DNA of 64,000 nucleotides from a virus (Duplodnaviria; Heunggongvirae; Uroviricota; Caudoviricetes): IMG/VR virus record IMGVR_UViG_2563366825_000011, positions 1 to 64,000 of that record; one strand, 5' to 3'. Shown piece by piece: positions 60,101 to 64,000 of this stretch (position 1 is its first letter; each line of letters starts with the position of its first letter). The notes under the pieces were generated by a model. It saw only the letters and a program-made list of their open reading frames with translations, ran no database searches and was not told where the DNA came from. The position numbers and the translations under genes were made by a program.

Positions 60101-62556
60101 GCGTTCTGCTCATCCGGTGACGGCAGACCACGACGAACCGGTTCGCCCTCCAGTATTTCCCCCCGGCGACCAGCGGCATTTTCCGGTGCCTGCGCACGTC
60201 CTTTCTGGAAACTCTGGCCCTTCACCTCACCGGTTGTGGTAAAACGACCACCACGTCCGGCCTGATTTTCATCCGGCGTACGCGCCACTTCTCCCGGTAA
60301 CGGATATCCCTGTCCGGGATGAATATCGCCGGGAGCGGGAAGGCGTGGACGCTCAGTTAACTCCTGAGCTGTCGGACCGGCATCACCTTCAGCCATCTGT
60401 GAACGCACCAGCTCTTCCGCCGTCGGCACGTTGCCACGGGCAAGGCGGGCCTGCACTTCTGTATCATCTCCCGTAAAACCCCGGAATCGCGGGTCACGCA
60501 TGAACGCTGGCTGCTCCATCGGATCAGCATCAGCAATACGCTCTCCGTCAGCCAGGGTGTTAATGGTTTCCGTTGCCACATCTTCAGAGAACGCAGGATT
60601 ATCCATTTCAACGGCATACTGATTCTCACCTTTCTTCACTACGGACGGTTTCAGGCCGGTGGCGCTGGCATTGCGAAAAACATCGCTACCCATGGCGCTT
60701 TTCTCATCCGTGAAATAACGGTTGTCCGGACGCACCTTTTCAATGCGTTCTGCTGGTCTGGACGCACCACTCCCGTTAATTTCAATACGAACTTCATCCG
60801 GATCGCGGAACCGCACCGTCGGGTAAATACTCCCGTCGCCATCATCCGCATTTTCCGGCTGTGGCTGTGCCTCCGGTCTGGCCTCCTGCTGAGGGCGAAG
60901 CACATCACGGATAGCCTGTAACTGCTGCTCTTCAGTATCAGTACGCCCTTCCTTCAGGCTGAGTTTTCGGTATTCCTCAAGCAGTTCAGGGCGCGGCTTC
61001 GCCTTCAGCTCATCCATCACCGCCTGTCGCTTCGCCTGTTCATCCAGTTCATTTAACAGCTGGCTGGCGGCTTCCCGGCGATGAACGGCAGACGTGTCTC
61101 CCTCATGTGCCATATCCGCATCAGCATACTGTTCCAGAAGCTGCTCGCGATTCATGCCCTGCATGGATTCGCGATGCTGTGCCACCGGATCAACCGGTTC
61201 GGGTTGCGGGGCTGCTTCGCCCTGCTGCACGATTTCAGCATCACGCATGGCGGCTTCTTCTGCGGCCTGACGTTTGCCACGATATCCGGCAACCGCACCG
61301 AACGGAGCGCCCATCGCAGCACCAAGGGCTGCACCTTCGATCGTTGCGTCAGCCACGCCCTCCCACGGTGACACATCCATTCCGGCGGTCTCACGCAATG
61401 CCGTGTTTTCCTGATAGCGCGAATAGCCACCCTGTGCCCCGTTAATTACGCCCTGTTCCGTGGCATTTCTGACAATGCCGCTTTTAACGGTCTTCGCTGT
61501 GCCCCGCATCGCCAGATTAAACAACTGTGCATCGCCCAGTTTTGCCGCCATGGCATTCACAGCCAGCAATTCAGGATCGGTTGCCAGCTGCGCGCGCACC
61601 TCATCGGCAACACGCTCTTTTGCCAGGTCCATTTTCTGGCGATCAGTAAGCTGTGCGTGCTGTGGAGCTGCATCAATTGACAAAAACGTCTGCTGAAATT
61701 TCGGTGACTGCGCCAGCTCAGCGTAATCCGCATTAAGAACAGCATCTGCTGCCGACATTGCACTCTGCCCCTGTGCACTGGCTGTGGAATGGGTGATCAG
61801 GCCCGCATGGAAGAAATCCGTCATTTTTTTATCGACAGCTTCTGCTGCCAGTGCCGTGGCTCTTTCCGGCTGCACTCCTGCCGCGATGTATTTTTTCTCC
61901 AGCCCGGCGGTCAGCGTTCTTTTCAGTGCGACCTGTCCCACCTTTCTAACCACACCGCCAGCAACCAGATCAGGTACAAGCGCACCAATCAGGTTTACAC
62001 CCTTCGTCAGCAAGACCGCAGAATCATCATAGCCTTCACTCATTGGCGTGTTCAGCGCACGAACAGCACCCGGCGACATCTGATCTGTCAGCCATTCATC
62101 CGAGGCTTTGGCACCATCACTGACTGCCTTACCGGTTGCTTTCAGACCTTCACCGACAGTATCAGTGACCGCGTTTTTACCTGTTCCATCGGGAATGTTT
62201 TTAATCGCATCTCCAACAGAAGGTGGCGCGCCCAGTTCCTTTTGCGTGGAGGAAGGCGGCATGTAAACATCCGTCATGAAAGACGACAACCCGGCAAGCG
62301 TTTTTACAGGATTATTTACAAATCCATCACCGAGTCCACGGACCATCTCCCCTGTTCCCCGGACGGACTGGGAGAAACCTTTACCCATTGTTGGCAATAC
62401 ATCACCGAGGCTGAACGATGTGCTGTGATCAATGGCATTCTGCGGGTTGCTGAAAAAATCCTGCCAGTAATTTTCTCCCGGCTGCTTAATGTTCAGGCTG
62501 CTGCGGTTCTGGTTACCCAATTGCGCTTCAGGGCGCTGCTCATCTGAAAAAGCCAT
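54172..62556 (-). CDS. Giant (2794 aa) multi-domain phage/accessory-element protein with two zincin-like HExxH motifs; candidate polyvalent protein
   Basis: Single uninterrupted 8385-nt ORF; HEWFH encoded at 58693-58707 and HEIIHH at 57889-57906; (VP)5 linker; Ala/Gly-rich N-terminal region; no recognisable ATPase, tail-fibre or tape-measure signature. Confidence 0.8.
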   Translation of the reverse strand: MAFSDEQRPEAQLGNQNRSSLNIKQPGENYWQDFFSNPQNAIDHSTSFSLGDVLPTMGKGFSQSVRGTGEMVRGLGDGFVNNPVKTLAGLSSFMTDVYMPPSSTQKELGAPPSVGDAIKNIPDGTGKNAVTDTVGEGLKATGKAVSDGAKASDEWLTDQMSPGAVRALNTPMSEGYDDSAVLLTKGVNLIGALVPDLVAGGVVRKVGQVALKRTLTAGLEKKYIAAGVQPERATALAAEAVDKKMTDFFHAGLITHSTASAQGQSAMSAADAVLNADYAELAQSPKFQQTFLSIDAAPQHAQLTDRQKMDLAKERVADEVRAQLATDPELLAVNAMAAKLGDAQLFNLAMRGTAKTVKSGIVRNATEQGVINGAQGGYSRYQENTALRETAGMDVSPWEGVADATIEGAALGAAMGAPFGAVAGYRGKRQAAEEAAMRDAEIVQQGEAAPQPEPVDPVAQHRESMQGMNREQLLEQYADADMAHEGDTSAVHRREAASQLLNELDEQAKRQAVMDELKAKPRPELLEEYRKLSLKEGRTDTEEQQLQAIRDVLRPQQEARPEAQPQPENADDGDGSIYPTVRFRDPDEVRIEINGSGASRPAERIEKVRPDNRYFTDEKSAMGSDVFRNASATGLKPSVVKKGENQYAVEMDNPAFSEDVATETINTLADGERIADADPMEQPAFMRDPRFRGFTGDDTEVQARLARGNVPTAEELVRSQMAEGDAGPTAQELTERPRLPAPGDIHPGQGYPLPGEVARTPDENQAGRGGRFTTTGEVKGQSFQKGRAQAPENAAGRRGEILEGEPVRRGLPSPDEQNATAPVREGLPAPESQRGVDMPQPESLPRMVRDSLPELAQQAEARRQTGDNRQTITDVPDTEVPVPVPVPVPVDKPSTHQQARGAKIEDFGEEIKGAAKHRYAQLAETLGKTLEDRDYFTQPLSKVFPKPDYAKLANEGADADTLAMIALYRSDIPAKTKHNTAGWGESVKKVRHSVSEMLNGTVSAKRLAEWMEGRMPSRYADTWQLLRTLPPSQMDKASAYRVVSGVYQAAGGKRYDPPQKLYSLRNKDNKGSNLFFSESRDELLTKAKAWFAEQEEKSRAKGDEKTAPSPDDKISFDVYRNTRSGDIFIAYGKNKMRVRGGFKSASDARKYIDSHRDELVRHVKEMREISREEQRNATNRDRTGPERRKGDVSPEQFSDAFGFRGVQFGNYVEGPRRQADLNRAYDSLHDLADVLNVPTKALSLNGRLGLAFGARGKGKAAAHYEPGEVAINLTKGNGPGALAHEWFHSLDNYFGRYDVSTDGKITSGGDYMTEAQRAGRVFKDGRYVDAEYPVRQEVYDAFKGVMKAINSSDMPRRSALLDEVRSKPYWSTDVEMAARAFERYVQDKARTAGVENDYLVNIRKAPEHNTDNTWAYPTNAELDGGIRDAFDHLFSTLKTRKTDKGVAFYSRKGVTRTPEGNLISDVNRSAEAKGSPVPQVEAVARGVMSGIKDSDLKVRVVKSQKEAEALAGESFDGYGRVHAFYRPDKREIVLVADNIPDGRTVREKLRHEIIHHAMEHVVTPAEYQTIIKTVLKTRDSDNATIRDAWRKVDASYGKESPEVQAGEFLAHMAEKQPNKFVAAWERVVALVKGVLRRTGLLKPTELNDIRLVRETIRTLGQRVREGYTPREDGAGASSQYSRSGKPDPFKVPEGEGERYRDDLARMMKSLRSGAMTANIGRTPPVLRHLGAPDLPLVISRDTVRKATNGVKHVVPMDVIERLPELMHDPDAIYRSATERNAVVMLLDAVDKNGDPVVSAVHMKATDKRIEINKVASVYGTKGGMNKANSLDKAGLTLYRKEKLSRDNPQYSGLQLPKEERSYRGSVDKILYPEDIRKGPYYSRTSSLTPEETIASRFVRQMQDKFQVLKAVQENIRKTGGKIDDSNNAYMAEELFHGKAENDLNVMKERYVQPLAKLLADYKIAQADLDEYLYARHAPERNAHIAKINPKMPDGGSGMTNAEAAEIMQRVRNSGKQAQYDRLAGIVDDMLARRRELIREAGLEESGVVDAWQNAYRYYVPLKGQDVDGVVSLPRTGKGFTIGGRESRQAMGRASRAQSPSTQAIQDLSESLIRHRKNEVGNAFLKLVQDNPDKDYWQVFTDDKPDTMRAIAERVDPETGETRREVVERPVPMAMMADRYFTTKKDGKTYYIKLHDPRLMRAMKNMGPETSNAVIRTLGKVNRFLATVNTSYNPEFLVSNFIRDVQTAVMNLKAEQGRSDGKLKGLDNLSALAVVKDSRSAMSAVYASLRGKTLTGNGAQWQKVWKEFVEDGGKTGWFNMGDLEGQQKEMDRLVSLAKGGWKGQSIGAWHSFLNLVEDANGAVENALRLSAYKHARDAGLSRQQAASLAKNMTVNFNRRGEQGALMNSLYMFANASIQGTANLVRTLGHLNGDGPLPERLRWKNLNVPQKIALAAVGAGYLLGSLNRSVAGEDDDGVNWYDKVPSHVKERNLVIMKSVFGGKAGEYWSIPLPYGYNVFFLLGHTAEGVAAGDLTASRAAGNVVGGILGAFSPVGSETSETLSGALLKNAAPTILRPFANLAMNENFMGAQIYQENMPFGTPKPDSQLGRRSTPEAYKAFASWLNAFSGGSQYRPGAVDITPESLKFWIDYISGGTGRFISKTTDAAVKSLNGIDIPEQQVPFLGKISGEVMPYADQQKMYDRMTEVAQYHAELKSLTGAERTAFIDENNGKLLMNGLMQDTRKRLKDLRKQRDAIYADSSLSLAQQAAMVKSVERDMKVAVDRFNREYNKKVGVD
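59891..59920. repeat. Hexanucleotide tandem repeat (GGCACC)x5 inside the giant ORF, encoding a (Val-Pro)n linker on the coding strand
   Basis: ggcaccggcaccggcaccggcaccggcacc on the plus strand; in-frame microsatellite. Confidence 0.85.
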
Positions 62557-62641
62557 ACAGACTCCAGTAAAAAAAAGCCCGACACGATGGTCGGGCGTAA
62601 GTGAACGATATTAACGGGGAGCGCGTTACTGCCGCGTAACT

Positions 62642-63904
62642 TTACTTCATCCAGCCTCTGATCTCTTCGGCTGATGCAGCAGCGCTATAATTCTTCGCTT
62701 TTTCCTGTTCGGCTTTTTTATCCCGGAGGTGATTCTGGTACCAAATTTCCAGTTCCTTTTCACGCCCCGGTTCCAGCAAGGCTGGCATATTGGCGGCAGT
62801 CGCTTTGACAAACTCCAGTTTGACCGGATCGCCCTCCGCCCAGGTCTGCCCCTTCTGTAAAAGCTGTTCAAATTTCTGTTGCTGAATTTTCTGCTGATAT
62901 TCCGGTAAACCATGCGCAGCTAAAAATTCATCCCTCGCAGCCTGAGCATTACCGCCGTTCTTGATCGCTTCCGCTGCTACCTGGCTGGCTTCTTTCTGAA
63001 TATCTTTCAGAGAAAGCCCCTCCTGCTTCGGCGTGAAATAACCGAAATTTTTCGAAATTTCCGCGAATTTACTGCGATCCCTGACAAGCTCAACAGCCTT
63101 ATCAACAGGCACCGCCAGCACGGTTTGATCATCCGGATGTGCACTGCCGTATTCTGTTACAGGTTTATGCGCGGTGGAGCCATCGCTGTATGTGAGATCA
63201 AGGCCAATAAGTACGTACCCTTCCTGCTGCGCCGGTACGATACTGCCAATCCTGGCCTCTTTTATCGTCTTTTTCCCGGTTGAATCGGGCATGCCAATAC
63301 GCTGTTGCAGTTCCGGGGCAAACACACCAGAAAGCGCATCAAGACTTTCCGGGGTATTGAGTGAAGCGATCGCCCTGTCCGGCTTGTCATCAAAGATTTT
63401 TTGCAGGTTGTTCACGGCCTGACCCGCTTTCGCTACATAGCCATCATTCGCCATCAGCCTCAGCGGATTACCCTCTGACAACTGGCCGTAAAGACGCATT
63501 GCGGCATCCCGATCGCCAGCATCCACAGCCTTTCCAAGCGCCGCCATCACAGGCTGATCGCGCGCCAGCATATCGTTATACTCAAGCCGTCGCTGGTTGT
63601 ATTTCTGCATCCGGAGTCGCTGCTGCTCCATACCCAGCGACGCATTCCGGTAATTCTGCGCTGCGGCGTGTTCCCTCTCTTTCAGCGCATATTCACGATC
63701 GGCATTTTTGACATTAAGATCATATGTACGCTGATCATTTTCCTTTCGATGCTCAAACTGCGACTGCGCAAATTCAAAATCGCGCTCGTTATTTTTCTGT
63801 TGTTGAGCAAGCTGTGCTTCACGCAGACCAAGCTCCTTACGACGGGTCATGGCCTGGTCAACGGTGCTGAATCCGGCAAGTAACCCCTGTGCAAATCCGC
63901 TCAT
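62642..63904 (-). CDS. Hypothetical 420-aa coiled-coil-rich protein upstream of the giant gene
   Basis: ORF with GGAG RBS, Gln/Glu/Arg-rich predicted coiled coils; no recognisable catalytic motif. Confidence 0.6.
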   Translation of the reverse strand: MSGFAQGLLAGFSTVDQAMTRRKELGLREAQLAQQQKNNERDFEFAQSQFEHRKENDQRTYDLNVKNADREYALKEREHAAAQNYRNASLGMEQQRLRMQKYNQRRLEYNDMLARDQPVMAALGKAVDAGDRDAAMRLYGQLSEGNPLRLMANDGYVAKAGQAVNNLQKIFDDKPDRAIASLNTPESLDALSGVFAPELQQRIGMPDSTGKKTIKEARIGSIVPAQQEGYVLIGLDLTYSDGSTAHKPVTEYGSAHPDDQTVLAVPVDKAVELVRDRSKFAEISKNFGYFTPKQEGLSLKDIQKEASQVAAEAIKNGGNAQAARDEFLAAHGLPEYQQKIQQQKFEQLLQKGQTWAEGDPVKLEFVKATAANMPALLEPGREKELEIWYQNHLRDKKAEQEKAKNYSAAASAEEIRGWMK

Positions 63905-63914
63905 TCACCACTCC

Positions 63915-64000
63915 TTAAAACAACGAGCCAGCAAGACCACCTATGACAGCACCAATAGCCGCACCGGGGAGACCACCAACGGCAGCGCCCATAGCCGCCC
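63915..64000 (-). CDS. Partial CDS (C-terminus only): glycine-zipper membrane-like protein
   Basis: Reverse frame ends ...GAAMGAAVGGLPGAAIGAVIGGLAGSLF-stop just upstream of the 420-aa gene RBS; gene continues beyond the window. Confidence 0.4.
   Translation of the reverse strand, partial: AAMGAAVGGLPGAAIGAVIGGLAGSLF

Overview
This window looks like an Escherichia coli chromosomal segment carrying two accessory elements around a conserved core; all identifications are from reading the sequence and recalled protein families, with no database search run. (1) bp 1 to ~38100 is the right-hand ~38 kb of a Qin-like lambdoid prophage, late genes on the minus strand: lambda-type tail, head and terminase genes (K partial, L, M, H, T, G, V, U, Z, FII, FI, E, D, C, B, W, A, Nu1), cos, ydfO/gnsB/cspI, a phage-21-type lysis cassette, cspB/cspF, Q antiterminator, ydfU, hokD-relE-relB, flxA, then an early region (replication-like genes, dicC/dicA immunity, ydfA-dicF-dicB-ydfD, an 823-aa exonuclease-like gene, xis, int). 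The early region is interrupted by IS1414 carrying astA (EAST1) and by an rve-type IS. (2) bp 38247-48340 is conserved chromosome: rspB, rspA, ynfA, ynfB, speG, ynfC, ynfD, ynfE, ynfF. (3) At ~48420 ynfG is truncated after ~26 codons by a second element running off the window end: operator-like repeats, two antirepressor paralogs with a conserved structured leader, an ibrA/ibrB-like PAPS-reductase plus ParB pair, a second IS1414/astA copy, a Panacea (GepA-like) gene, and a 2794-aa protein with two HExxH motifs. The best candidates for an undescribed system are the giant protein with its Panacea neighbour and the ibrAB-like module.
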